In this document: positions 9,021 through 18,141 of the stretch, piece by piece
Numbering within the stretch: position 1 is the first letter of the stretch
Layout: each line of letters starts with the position of its first letter
Virus record (IMG/VR): IMGVR_UViG_2844571421_000002
Location: 13,006-77,005 of that record
Reading direction: 5' to 3' (one strand)
Source of the DNA: a virus
Lineage: Duplodnaviria; Caudoviricetes
Length of the DNA stretch: 64,000 nucleotides
Notes under the pieces: model-generated
Told to the model about the DNA's origin: nothing
The model's database searches: none
The model's input: the letters and a program-made list of their open reading frames with translations, nothing else
Program-made: the position numbers and the translations under genes

Positions 9021-9482
9021 GTAAATGCGTGTGGAATCCGTCAGCGGCTCACGCACGCTCGAAAGTGGCGGAGAAGGCGAGTCGGCATGCCCCGAGTAGA
9101 TGCGTGCGACTTCCGTGAACGGCGCAGGCATCAACGCCCCGTCATCAATCAAGCTCTCTTCCTATCCTCTCTCCTTCTTCTCTTTAGAAAAGATGGAGTA
9201 GTAGAAAGGAGGATAGGTAATAGAGAAGGCTAAGGATTTGGGGAACGCGCATTGGTGCCGCATGACGCCGGACGCCCTGACGCGACGCCTGAGCCATTCG
9301 CGAAATCCGCACTCATTTACCAGCGGCGGCGCGCACCACCTGCCGCATCCGCCCGGCTGACGATTCCGTGGGCCATTCGGAAAATCCGCACCCATTTACA
9401 GGGTGCCATGCACGTACCCCACACGCCTCCCGCCTCCATCGCACGCCTCACTGAGCCACTCGCAGAATCCGCACCCATTTAC
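9021..9482. repeat. Divergent array of five 31-bp motifs (9021-9051 and 9096-9126 on minus; 9290-9320, 9369-9399 and 9452-9482 on plus)
   Basis: Read directly; 75-83 bp periodicity; flanks an AT-rich tract. Confidence 0.85.
9127..9243. other. Candidate replication origin / cis-element (pyrimidine tract followed by purine tract)
   Basis: Identical to 51285-51401; CCTATCCT/AGGATAGG inverted repeat; upstream of primase. Confidence 0.5.
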
Positions 9483-11807
9483 CCAGGCATGAGCCACACG
9501 CCCGACACCACGCGCCTGCGCGTCCTTCGGCTGAAGGTCGCCTTCTACGCGTCCGCCCAGGACAACATCCCCCAGGCCGCTGAGCTGTCGTGGCCCGAAC
9601 TGTCAGCGAAACTCGTCTCACACCGTCGGAGTCAGTGCCCGACGTCGCCCTGTCCGCGAGGCTGCCCCGGCAAGAATGGCCCCGCATGGAGCCCTGTGGA
9701 CATCGTCGAGCGACGCCGCTCGGAGAACGTGCGCGCTGTCACGGTGGCGGTGTTCGACCTGGACCACCTCAACGCGCAACAGCTCTCGTTCCTCGACGCC
9801 GTCGAGCGCAACGGACTGGCCTATGCCCTCCACTCGACGCACAGCAACCGCCCGCCCGACGACTACTGCCTGCGGCTCGCCATGCCGCTGTCTCGGGCCG
9901 TCCTGCCCCGGGAATGGGCTTCGGTGCGCGAGGCGGCCATCCGCATGCTCAACTTTCCGGCCGACCCGGCAACGAAGGACTTGGCGCGCATCTACTACCT
10001 GCCCGACGCGCCCACGGGTGCGGAGCCCTACGCGGCCAGTGGAGACGGAGCGCCCCTCGACGTCGACGCGCTGCTCGCCATGTCCCGGGCTGGACTCCCC
10101 ACGATGGCGCCCCTGGTGCCGTCCGCGAAGCCCGAGGAACCAGCCGACCTGTACGGGCTGCGGGCCCTACTGCGGCGCATCCGCAAACCCGAGCACCTCG
10201 CCATCGTCCGCCGAGCCCTTGCCGGTGAGTCCCTGGCCCCCGTCGGCGAGCAGGACACGACACTGAACACGCTCATGTCGTGCGCCGCCTTCGTCCTGCC
10301 GCTGTCCACGCCCGAGGCCGTCGTCATTGAGCTGTTCCGCGCGTCCTTCGCTGCAACGGACTGGCAGGACGGGACGGAGCACCTGTGCGAGCAGGCCCTC
10401 TTGAAGCTGCGGCGTCACCGGGAGCGCCGGAAGGCTCGTGACGCGGGGCGGCTCGCCGACAACACGGCCATCTGGGAAGCCCTGGGCAGTCGCCCTCCTG
10501 ATCCCGCGTCGAGCGACGGGCCGGGATTCGAGGAGGACGCTCCCGACCCCGATGCGTGGATGAAGGAACTCTTCCTCGACATCACGAAGGACACCCGACG
10601 GCAGATTCGAAACTGTGAAGCGAACGTCGCCATCGTCCTCGGCAAGTCGCCCGAGTGGCGCGGCGTCTTCCGCTTCAACGAGGTCACGAAGAAGTTGGAG
10701 GTGGAGGGCGGCCCGCTCGGCCCCAACGTGGACATTGAGACGCTCGACGTCCTGGTGGCCAACTGGATTCAGCTCAGCAAGTACGGGCGGCTCGGGCTGA
10801 TGCCGAAGGCGCACATCGTCGCGCAGCAGCTCCTCGCCGTCGCGAAGCGCAACAGCTATGACCCGGTCGCCGACTACCTCGCGGGACTCGTCTGGGATGG
10901 AACGCCACGGCTCGACGGGATGCTCGCGACGTACTTCAGCGCCCAGGGGGATGCTCGATACCTCCGGGCCGTCGGCGCGAAGTTCGCCATCTCGGCGGTT
11001 GCGCGTGCCTTGCGCCCCGGGTGCAAGGTCGACACGGTGATGATTCTGGAGGGGCCGCAGGGCCTGCGAAAGTCGACGGCGTTCAGCATCCTGGGAGGCC
11101 GGTACTTCAGCGACGCGCCCATCGACGTCACCAGCAGGGACAGCGCCATGCTCGCCTCTCAGTTCTGGTTCATCGAACTGGCGGAACTGAGCACGTTTCG
11201 CAAGAGCGAGGACCAGGCGCTCAAGGCGTTCATCACCCGGACGGAGGACACCTACCGGCCGCCCTACGGACGCTCCAACGTGCAGGCCCCGCGACGCTGC
11301 GTCTTCGTCGGCACAACCAACGATGACGACTACCTGCGCGACCCCACGGGACAGAGGCGCTTCTGGCCGGTGAAGTGCAGCCGCATCGACACCGACGCCC
11401 TCAAGCGCGACCGCGACCAAATCTGGGCCGAAGCCGTCGTGCGCTTCCACCAGGGTGAGGACTGGTGGCTGAGCAACGAGGAAGCGGCCGGAGCCGAGCA
11501 GCAGGCCGCGCTTCGGATGGAGAACGTGGGGGACAGCCGCAAGGAGGTCATCCTGCGGTGGATTCTGGAGATGCCACCCGAAAAGCGACCCTCGGACGTG
11601 ACGCTTCTCCATGTAGGCATCGAAGCTTTCGCGCTCCACCAAGCGCAGGTTGACCACCGGATCTCACGGGAAATCGGCGCGGCCTTGAAGTCGCTGGGCT
11701 TCACCCGGGGCCAGCGCCGAATGGGAGACGGGAAGCGCCCGCTCGTCTACTACGTCCCGGACGAACTAAAGAACGCGCCCATGGAGAAGCGCGGCGAGCG
11801 ACAGTAA
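9408..11807 (+). CDS. Primase-helicase (N-terminal primase + VirE/VapE-family P-loop domain)
   Basis: AVFDLD, HSTHS, DPATKDLARIYYLP; Walker A GPQGLRKST; PRRCVFVGTTN..YL.DPTGQRRFWPV. Confidence 0.87.
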   Translation: MHVPHTPPASIARLTEPLAESAPIYPGMSHTPDTTRLRVLRLKVAFYASAQDNIPQAAELSWPELSAKLVSHRRSQCPTSPCPRGCPGKNGPAWSPVDIVERRRSENVRAVTVAVFDLDHLNAQQLSFLDAVERNGLAYALHSTHSNRPPDDYCLRLAMPLSRAVLPREWASVREAAIRMLNFPADPATKDLARIYYLPDAPTGAEPYAASGDGAPLDVDALLAMSRAGLPTMAPLVPSAKPEEPADLYGLRALLRRIRKPEHLAIVRRALAGESLAPVGEQDTTLNTLMSCAAFVLPLSTPEAVVIELFRASFAATDWQDGTEHLCEQALLKLRRHRERRKARDAGRLADNTAIWEALGSRPPDPASSDGPGFEEDAPDPDAWMKELFLDITKDTRRQIRNCEANVAIVLGKSPEWRGVFRFNEVTKKLEVEGGPLGPNVDIETLDVLVANWIQLSKYGRLGLMPKAHIVAQQLLAVAKRNSYDPVADYLAGLVWDGTPRLDGMLATYFSAQGDARYLRAVGAKFAISAVARALRPGCKVDTVMILEGPQGLRKSTAFSILGGRYFSDAPIDVTSRDSAMLASQFWFIELAELSTFRKSEDQALKAFITRTEDTYRPPYGRSNVQAPRRCVFVGTTNDDDYLRDPTGQRRFWPVKCSRIDTDALKRDRDQIWAEAVVRFHQGEDWWLSNEEAAGAEQQAALRMENVGDSRKEVILRWILEMPPEKRPSDVTLLHVGIEAFALHQAQVDHRISREIGAALKSLGFTRGQRRMGDGKRPLVYYVPDELKNAPMEKRGERQ

Positions 11808-11876
11808 GGAAAGAGACCCAAACACGGCCCAATCCCCTCTACGCTGAAGCTCTGCTTAAATTGACCGTGGATGCGA

Positions 11877-12704
11877 TCAGTCGTCACCGTCTTGCATATC
11901 AGCACCTTGAGACTGCTCGCTTCCAGCATCAACAAGACCATTGTATGCAGCCAAGAGATTCTTCTTTCCTAGATAATACTCAAGCATCGCTTCCGTCACT
12001 TGCTCGTCGGGATTCCCCACCTTGGCGCGCAGATGAGTTCGCAGGCAAAACGCCTTCTCCTTTGGATGCAAAGTCATGAGCCCTACGCCAAATCGTCCAC
12101 ATTCTGACAGCATCCGCTCGGCCCAACGCTCGAACCTGCCAGGATCCCATGGCAACCCATGCGCCCACTCCAAGATCAACCATGAGCGGTGAAACACAGC
12201 ACTATGGGCAGCGGCCTCAAACACACCCTTAATACTCCAGTCATGCCATGGCTTGACCTCATAACTGCTCACCTGAACAGCCTTCTGCCTAAGGAGGGGA
12301 CGCCGAATTATCGAAATCTGCATAAGATCAGGATTGGTCCATTGGCCGCGGCGCATTCTAAGCATGCTTGTATCAACAAACAGCGTCTCATGCGTCCCAC
12401 TACGCGCCTCCAAGGCTGTCTTTACAATAGGGTAAAGGCTCTTTTCCTCCCCCAACCCTTCATAGCTGTCAGAATCATCGTAGCCATCGAGGTAGGTCTG
12501 AATCCCTAGCTCGGTGAGGGCAACTCGGCCTCCCTGGCCTTTTCCTAGTGCAATCAGCCTTTCCCCTCTAAGCGCCTCCAATGTCGCCTCAAACGTTTCC
12601 TCGGTAATGCCCGTGATATCTCCCCGCAACTGAGGGCGCGACACCCACACCGCCGCAACGTAGAGCCGGGAAAGAATGCGCTTCCTAGTATCTCTGCCAC
12701 TCAT
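11877..12704 (-). CDS. wHTH + PD-(D/E)xK restriction-endonuclease-like protein (cargo)
   Basis: EKSLYP..GQWTNPDL..SYEVK..EA..GVGL; AT-richer than flanks; opposite strand. Confidence 0.6.
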   Translation of the reverse strand: MSGRDTRKRILSRLYVAAVWVSRPQLRGDITGITEETFEATLEALRGERLIALGKGQGGRVALTELGIQTYLDGYDDSDSYEGLGEEKSLYPIVKTALEARSGTHETLFVDTSMLRMRRGQWTNPDLMQISIIRRPLLRQKAVQVSSYEVKPWHDWSIKGVFEAAAHSAVFHRSWLILEWAHGLPWDPGRFERWAERMLSECGRFGVGLMTLHPKEKAFCLRTHLRAKVGNPDEQVTEAMLEYYLGKKNLLAAYNGLVDAGSEQSQGADMQDGDD

Positions 12705-12839
12705 GGCTATCCTTTCGAAATAGAGTCCGCTCTTTGCACGAACAGTTCCCGGATTGAAGGCACCTGCCCTGGGAGTGTTCCAGCCCTACCTATACTAGGC
12801 GCGCCAATGAATGGCTGCCCAGGAATTCATAGCGTCTAG

Positions 12840-12870
12840 CGCGCCACTCCTGAAATCCGCACCCATTTAG
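12840..12870 (+). promoter_or_regulatory. 31-bp phage motif upstream of Cas4-like nuclease
   Basis: GCGCCACTCCTGAAATCCGCACCCATTTAG, 6 nt from CATTTA to GTG. Confidence 0.7.
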
Positions 12871-12875
12871 AGAGG

Positions 12876-14201
12876 GTGACTCCCTCTCTCGACGCCCCCA
12901 CGAACAGCCCCTCGGTCATCGCCGGGGTCATCCAGCGGCTGAGCGTTTCCCAGCTCAAGCGCCACAAGCTGTGCCCGCGCGCATGGTTCTTTCAGAAGGT
13001 CATGCGCGTCCCCGAGCCCAGCACGGGAGCGCAGCAGGTCGGCACCGAAGGACACGCCCAGCTAGAGCATTTCCTAGTGACGGGTGAAGACGTCCTGGGC
13101 ACGTTCGCGAGGGCAGGCGCCCATCTTCTGCCCACGCCCGGTCCCGACCTGCTTATCGAGCAGCCCTTGAACGGTGAACCGTCGCTGATGGCTGGCGGCA
13201 TCCCCTTCACCGGATTCATCGACCTCGTAGACGCTCGACGGCTCGCCTCTGACGGCGTCCTTCGCATCACCGACCACAAGTTCACCAGCAACGTCGCGAC
13301 GAATGCCGCGAGCGCCGAACAGCTCACCGACGCCGACACCGAACCGGGCTTGCAGATGGTCGGCTATGGCGCGTGGGCGCTCAGCCAGGTTGAGCGATTC
13401 CCGGGGCTGCGCACGCTGGAGCTTGAACACCTCTACTACCAGACTCGGGGACAACGCCTTGCCGCGTCCGTCGTCGCAACGGTGCCCGCCGAGCACGTCG
13501 AGCGCGAGTGGCAGACAAAGGTCGAGCCCCAGGTCGAAGCGATGAAGGAGCACGCGCAAGCCGCCCGCGCTTCCGACGTGCCCGCGAACTACGGCCCCGC
13601 CTGCGGCAAGTACGGCGGATGTCCGTTCATGGCGAAGTGCCTCACAGGAGAGAACAAGACGATGTCCCTGCGCGACAAGCTGCTCAACAAGGCTTCCGAG
13701 TCCGCCCCCCTTACCGTTGCCGCGGTCGAGCGCAACGCCACGGAGCTGCCCGCCGTTCTTCCCCCAGACGCGCCCGCACCTACGCCCGTGCAGACGGCCC
13801 CAGAGGTCGCCCAGGCCACTGAGCAGCCCGCGCCGAAGCGTCGCGGTCGCCCTCGCAAGGTGGCCGAGTCCGAGCAGCCCAAGGGCGAAATGCGCGTGCT
13901 CTTCGTCGACTGCATCCCGACGACCTTCGACGGACCGACGCCCGAGTCGCTTACGAGCTACGTCGACACCATGCATCGCAAGGTGGCCGAAGCGGGCGGC
14001 GTCGACGACGTGCGCTTCGCGGGCTCCGACTCGGCGCTCGGGTTCGGCAAGTGGCGCGGGGCGCTGGCCATGGCGGCGCGCGCCGAGCTGCCCGCCCCCG
14101 GCAGCTACGTCGCGCTCGGGGTCGCCCAGTCGGAGCTGATGCAGGTCATCGTCGAGGCGCTCGAACCGGCGTTCGACGTGGTCGTTCGTGGCGTCCACTA
14201 A
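12876..14201 (+). CDS. PD-(D/E)xK Cas4/AddB-like exonuclease with C-terminal AT-hook-bearing extension
   Basis: LSVSQL..CPR, GFIDL..DHKF, C-terminal C..C..C cluster; PKRRGRPRK. Confidence 0.8.
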   Translation: MTPSLDAPTNSPSVIAGVIQRLSVSQLKRHKLCPRAWFFQKVMRVPEPSTGAQQVGTEGHAQLEHFLVTGEDVLGTFARAGAHLLPTPGPDLLIEQPLNGEPSLMAGGIPFTGFIDLVDARRLASDGVLRITDHKFTSNVATNAASAEQLTDADTEPGLQMVGYGAWALSQVERFPGLRTLELEHLYYQTRGQRLAASVVATVPAEHVEREWQTKVEPQVEAMKEHAQAARASDVPANYGPACGKYGGCPFMAKCLTGENKTMSLRDKLLNKASESAPLTVAAVERNATELPAVLPPDAPAPTPVQTAPEVAQATEQPAPKRRGRPRKVAESEQPKGEMRVLFVDCIPTTFDGPTPESLTSYVDTMHRKVAEAGGVDDVRFAGSDSALGFGKWRGALAMAARAELPAPGSYVALGVAQSELMQVIVEALEPAFDVVVRGVH

Positions 14202-14256
14202 TCGCTCGTCATCTGCCCCGTCGGCTTCGGCTGGCGGGGCTCCAGCACTCCCAAAC

Positions 14257-16104
14257 ATGAAACTTCTTCACCGGATTCACCCGGGCGCGGCGACCTTCGC
14301 TGAGCGCCCCGCCACCGCTGCGCCGACAGCTCTCGCGAAGCTCGCTGGCGACCGCTCGACTATCGCGAAGGGACAGCCCGTGGGCTGGTCGCCAGACCTC
14401 GCACGGGTGCTCAGCCTTCCGCGCCGCGACCTCGCGAGCACATACGGCGATGCCGACTTCGTCGCGCTGGAAGCCGCGCTGCGCGCCCCTGCCGACACGC
14501 GTTGCACTTGCGGGACGCTCGGGAAGCGGTGCCCGTCCTCGTTGCTCCCTATCCAGCGCCTCGCCCTCTTGGAAGCCGCGCGCGTGGGTGGATTGCTCGC
14601 TCCCATCGGCACCGGCCATGGAAAGGAGCTGACCTCCTTCCTCACCCCCATGGTGATGCCCGGCTGTCGCGTGGCAGTCCTCTTCATCCCCGCTAACCTG
14701 CTGCCGCAATTCGAGACTGAATGGGATTACTACGGCGCGCACTGGCGCCTGCCCAACCTCGCAGGGGGCCGCTGGTTTCGCGCGGGGCTGCCGGTGCTCC
14801 ACGTCGTCACCTACAACAAGCTCTCCAGTCAAGAAGCCACGGGCCTCCTAGAGCGCATCCGCCCGGACCTGGTAATCCTCAACGAGGCCCACAACCTCAA
14901 GGACCCGAAATCCGCGCGCACAGGGCGATTCCTACGTTACCTCGAGAAGCACCCACGGACGCGCCTCGTAGCACTCTCCGGAACCTTCGCCTCGAAGAGC
15001 ATCAAGGATTACGCGCACCTTTCGCGGCTGGCGCTCGGTGAGGGCTCGCCCCTGCCTCTGGCCCACCACGTCGTGGAGGAATGGGGGACAGCCCTAGACC
15101 CGGGCAGGGTGGTGGCCCCTCCTGGCGTGTTGGAGCGGCTGTGCGAGCCAGGGGAGCACGTACGCGAGGGCTACCAGCGCCGTCGCAACGCGACGCACGG
15201 TGTGGTGGCCACGAAAGAGAGCGCACTGGATAAGCCCCTCATCATCCGTCCGCGCTATCCGGGCCCGGTGCCCGCGCAGCTCCTCGCCCTCATCAAACTG
15301 GCTCACGCGGGGGAGCGCCCGGACGGGGAGCAGTTTCAAGAGCAGCTCCAGTCCGTGGCCTGCGCCCGCCAGTTGTCCTCCGGCTTTTACCATCGCTGGC
15401 GCTACCCGCGAGGCGAACCTCCGGAGTTGATCGAGAAGTGGTTCGCGCAGCGAAAGGCATGGAACAAGGAAGTCTGGGAGGAACTGAAGGGCAAGCGTCG
15501 TGAGCACCTGGATTCGCCAGGGCTGCTCACTAAGGCGGCCATCCGCGCGCATATGTCACCACCCTACGAGGGCGCTAAGCCCGTCTGGCACGCGGCGACG
15601 TGGCCGGAGTGGGCGGAAATTCATGCCGCCGTGCAGCCCGAACCCCAGGCCGTTTGGGTGTCGGACTTTCTCGTGAAGGACGCGGCGGAATGGGCTCGCT
15701 CGCGGGTGGGCATCGTCTGGGTTGAATATCCGGAGCTAGGTGAACGCATCGCGAAGGCGGCGGGTGTGTCGTTCTACGGAGGAGGAAAAGCAGCGTCCGA
15801 GGCCATCCTCAGTGAGACAGGAACGCGCTCCGTGGTGGCGAGCATTAAGGCACACGCCACGGGGAAGAACCTTCAGCAGTTCTTTCGAAGCCTCGTGGTG
15901 ACACCGCCCTCGGATGGCGCCACCTGGGAGCAATTGCTCGCGCGCACGCATCGCCCAGGCCAACAAGCCCCGTGCGTCGAGGTGGACGTGTGCCTACACA
16001 CTCAGGACTACGTGACCGCCTTCGCCACGGCCCAGGAGCGGGCGCGGTTCATCCAACAGACCGACGGACAGCACCAGAAGCTACTGCTCGCACACCCACA
16101 GTAG
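14257..16104 (+). CDS. SF2 (SNF2-like) helicase, allele with GKE/NEAH motifs
   Basis: GTGHGKE, ILNEAH, ALSGT, ATGKNLQ, WEQLLARTHRPGQ. Confidence 0.8.
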   Translation: MKLLHRIHPGAATFAERPATAAPTALAKLAGDRSTIAKGQPVGWSPDLARVLSLPRRDLASTYGDADFVALEAALRAPADTRCTCGTLGKRCPSSLLPIQRLALLEAARVGGLLAPIGTGHGKELTSFLTPMVMPGCRVAVLFIPANLLPQFETEWDYYGAHWRLPNLAGGRWFRAGLPVLHVVTYNKLSSQEATGLLERIRPDLVILNEAHNLKDPKSARTGRFLRYLEKHPRTRLVALSGTFASKSIKDYAHLSRLALGEGSPLPLAHHVVEEWGTALDPGRVVAPPGVLERLCEPGEHVREGYQRRRNATHGVVATKESALDKPLIIRPRYPGPVPAQLLALIKLAHAGERPDGEQFQEQLQSVACARQLSSGFYHRWRYPRGEPPELIEKWFAQRKAWNKEVWEELKGKRREHLDSPGLLTKAAIRAHMSPPYEGAKPVWHAATWPEWAEIHAAVQPEPQAVWVSDFLVKDAAEWARSRVGIVWVEYPELGERIAKAAGVSFYGGGKAASEAILSETGTRSVVASIKAHATGKNLQQFFRSLVVTPPSDGATWEQLLARTHRPGQQAPCVEVDVCLHTQDYVTAFATAQERARFIQQTDGQHQKLLLAHPQ

Positions 16105-16176
16105 GGCAAAATTTGTCGATGGAGAGCCCCCAAGCTAGGATTACAAAATTCACCTTTTCTTCAATTTTCCATCCCC

Positions 16177-17943
16177 ATGGCCAATACTGTCCGCTTCCAG
16201 GTCGACCCCCGCCTTGCAACCCTTCTAGGGGAGAACTACCGCTCAACTGAGCAAGCTCTCAAAGAGCTTATCGACAATGCATGGGATGCGGACGCCGAAG
16301 TTGTCCGCGTAACGATGCCAGATGAAGCAATCACTGCGGGGCCGATCGTCGTCGCGGACGATGGACTTGGGATGACCCATCGCGAAGTAGGTAGCGAGTA
16401 TCTACTGGTGGCACAGGATCGCCGGAGCCAACGTGGAAACGAATCTCCGCGATTTGGGCGCAAAGTCAAAGGTCGAAAAGGGATCGGTAAATTTGCAGGC
16501 TTGATGGTGGCAGACACAATGGTCGTCGAAACAAGGTCACGGGGAGACTACACCCGCCTTGAGATCCAGAAGGGCGACCTAAATACCAAGCGGCATCTCG
16601 AAAAGGTCGAACTCCCTTCGACGACAAAAACCTGCAATGCCACCGAACATGGCACCAAGGTCACCTTAACCAACCTAAACCAGAGACTCTCTGCCCCATC
16701 CACCGAAAAACTACGCCAATTGCTGGCAGCAGAATACGCACGCGCTCCCGGATTTAAAATCTTCATCAATGACACTCCTGTCAACATCACATCCATCCCC
16801 GGAAAGCCTTTCGAGAGAACGTTCAACACTCCGGACATCGGCACCATCGCCCTAAACCTACGCATCGCAAGTGGAGACAAGCCAACAAAGATTAAAAACC
16901 CAGGGATCTCTATCCGAGTAGGAGGGAAAATCGTCGGACGCCCCACGTTTTGCGGACTAGATTCCGACCCCACGATTCCACGCAAACTGCTCAACAGGGT
17001 CTTTGGTGAAGTCGAAGCTGATGGGCTCCTCGGCGACACAACCCCAGACTTTGGCGACTTCTTCGAGAATAGCCGAGCATATGCGCAGGTACAGAACATC
17101 ATTCAGGGGGCACTAAAGGAGCGACTCCAGAAGGAGTTCGCTCGCGAAATCAATCTCCTAAAGGCAAGGAACGCCAAAGAGATTAAAAAGGCTCTGGAAC
17201 GTCTTCCGGAGCATCGGAAGAAAGCGGCACACGAAGCAATCGAGCGGATTCTTACAAAGTTCTTCGGAGAGTCGGAGGAACGAATTACCTCCATCATCTC
17301 CGTAGCATTGGAAGCACTCGAACGCGATGAATACTGGGTGGTCTTGAACTCCATCCAAAAAGCCAAGCTGGGCGATGTCGCTGGCTTTGCCGATGCACTG
17401 GTTGACTTTGGCATAACGGACATGGCCTTCATGGCTCAACAAGCTCGAGGGCGTCTTGCCGTACTGCGGGAACTAACTGAGTTGATGCTAGATTCTGCAA
17501 CCGAAGAAAAGCAGATGCATGTCATCATCGAAAAGAACCTCTGGATCCTAGGGCCGACCTATGCGCTCTACGCATCCAACAAAACCCTATCAAGTATTCT
17601 TGAATCATTTATTGACCGCGCAGCCCTAACAGACAGGTGGAACAAAAGACCGGACCTCCTCATCTGCAACACCATCGACGAAAAGCACTTGCTGATTGAG
17701 CTCAAGCGCCCCTCACACTCGCTAACGCGTGACGACCAAAGTCAGGCAGAAAAATACCGAGACACACTCATTGCTCATTTCACGCCCCTTGAGATACTTG
17801 TCATAGGAGGAAAAACATCACCCCAAATGAACACAAACTACATGCCGACCGATCTCAAGGTCGCCTCGTACGCCCAAGTCGTCGCCCGCGCGGAAGCTCA
17901 ACTCAAGTGGCTCGTCACGCAAATCACAGATGACAAAGGTTAA
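16177..17943 (+). CDS. GHKL (MORC-like) ATPase fused to C-terminal PD-(D/E)xK nuclease (cargo)
   Basis: ELIDNAWDA, DDGLGM, GRKGIGKF, GTKV; C-terminal RPDLLI..IELKRP. Confidence 0.82.
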   Translation: MANTVRFQVDPRLATLLGENYRSTEQALKELIDNAWDADAEVVRVTMPDEAITAGPIVVADDGLGMTHREVGSEYLLVAQDRRSQRGNESPRFGRKVKGRKGIGKFAGLMVADTMVVETRSRGDYTRLEIQKGDLNTKRHLEKVELPSTTKTCNATEHGTKVTLTNLNQRLSAPSTEKLRQLLAAEYARAPGFKIFINDTPVNITSIPGKPFERTFNTPDIGTIALNLRIASGDKPTKIKNPGISIRVGGKIVGRPTFCGLDSDPTIPRKLLNRVFGEVEADGLLGDTTPDFGDFFENSRAYAQVQNIIQGALKERLQKEFAREINLLKARNAKEIKKALERLPEHRKKAAHEAIERILTKFFGESEERITSIISVALEALERDEYWVVLNSIQKAKLGDVAGFADALVDFGITDMAFMAQQARGRLAVLRELTELMLDSATEEKQMHVIIEKNLWILGPTYALYASNKTLSSILESFIDRAALTDRWNKRPDLLICNTIDEKHLLIELKRPSHSLTRDDQSQAEKYRDTLIAHFTPLEILVIGGKTSPQMNTNYMPTDLKVASYAQVVARAEAQLKWLVTQITDDKG

Positions 17944-18055
17944 AATCCCGGGCGCACGGAGTCTGGGTTAGATGGCCATTCGCTGGGGCAGGCTTTTCGC
18001 GACTACGCCTCGCCTCGCCTCGCCTCCTACGACTACCTACCTGGGCGCGTGCTAT

Positions 18056-18086
18056 CGAACCACTCCCAAAATCCGCACGCATTTAC
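18056..18086 (+). promoter_or_regulatory. 31-bp phage motif upstream of SSB-polymerase operon
   Basis: CGAACCACTCCCAAAATCCGCACGCATTTAC followed by GTCAGCG/CGCTGAC hairpin leader. Confidence 0.72.
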
Positions 18087-18141
18087 GTGGGGTCAGCGCA
18101 CTTCGCCGCTGACGTAACCCAAGTCGAAGGGCCCACGTAAC

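Noticed and set aside
9021-9152. Long N-terminal extension of the sigma ORF
   Set aside because: Upstream frames are not conserved between the two copies (ATG 9088 is out of frame in prophage 1 but in frame in prophage 2), so this is more likely an untranslated leader
9290-9482. Three 31-bp repeats with ~50-bp spacers resembling a mini-CRISPR array
   Set aside because: Repeats are degenerate and non-palindromic, occur in both orientations and as singletons before genes genome-wide; no cas operon is present
12876-14201. Cas4-like nuclease as evidence of a CRISPR system
   Set aside because: Solo Cas4/AddB-like nucleases are standard in phage replication modules; no cas1/cas2 or array
18006-18025. 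(CGCCT)4 microsatellite upstream of the SSB promoter motif
   Set aside because: Outside the motif, absent from the sibling, too short to argue phase variation
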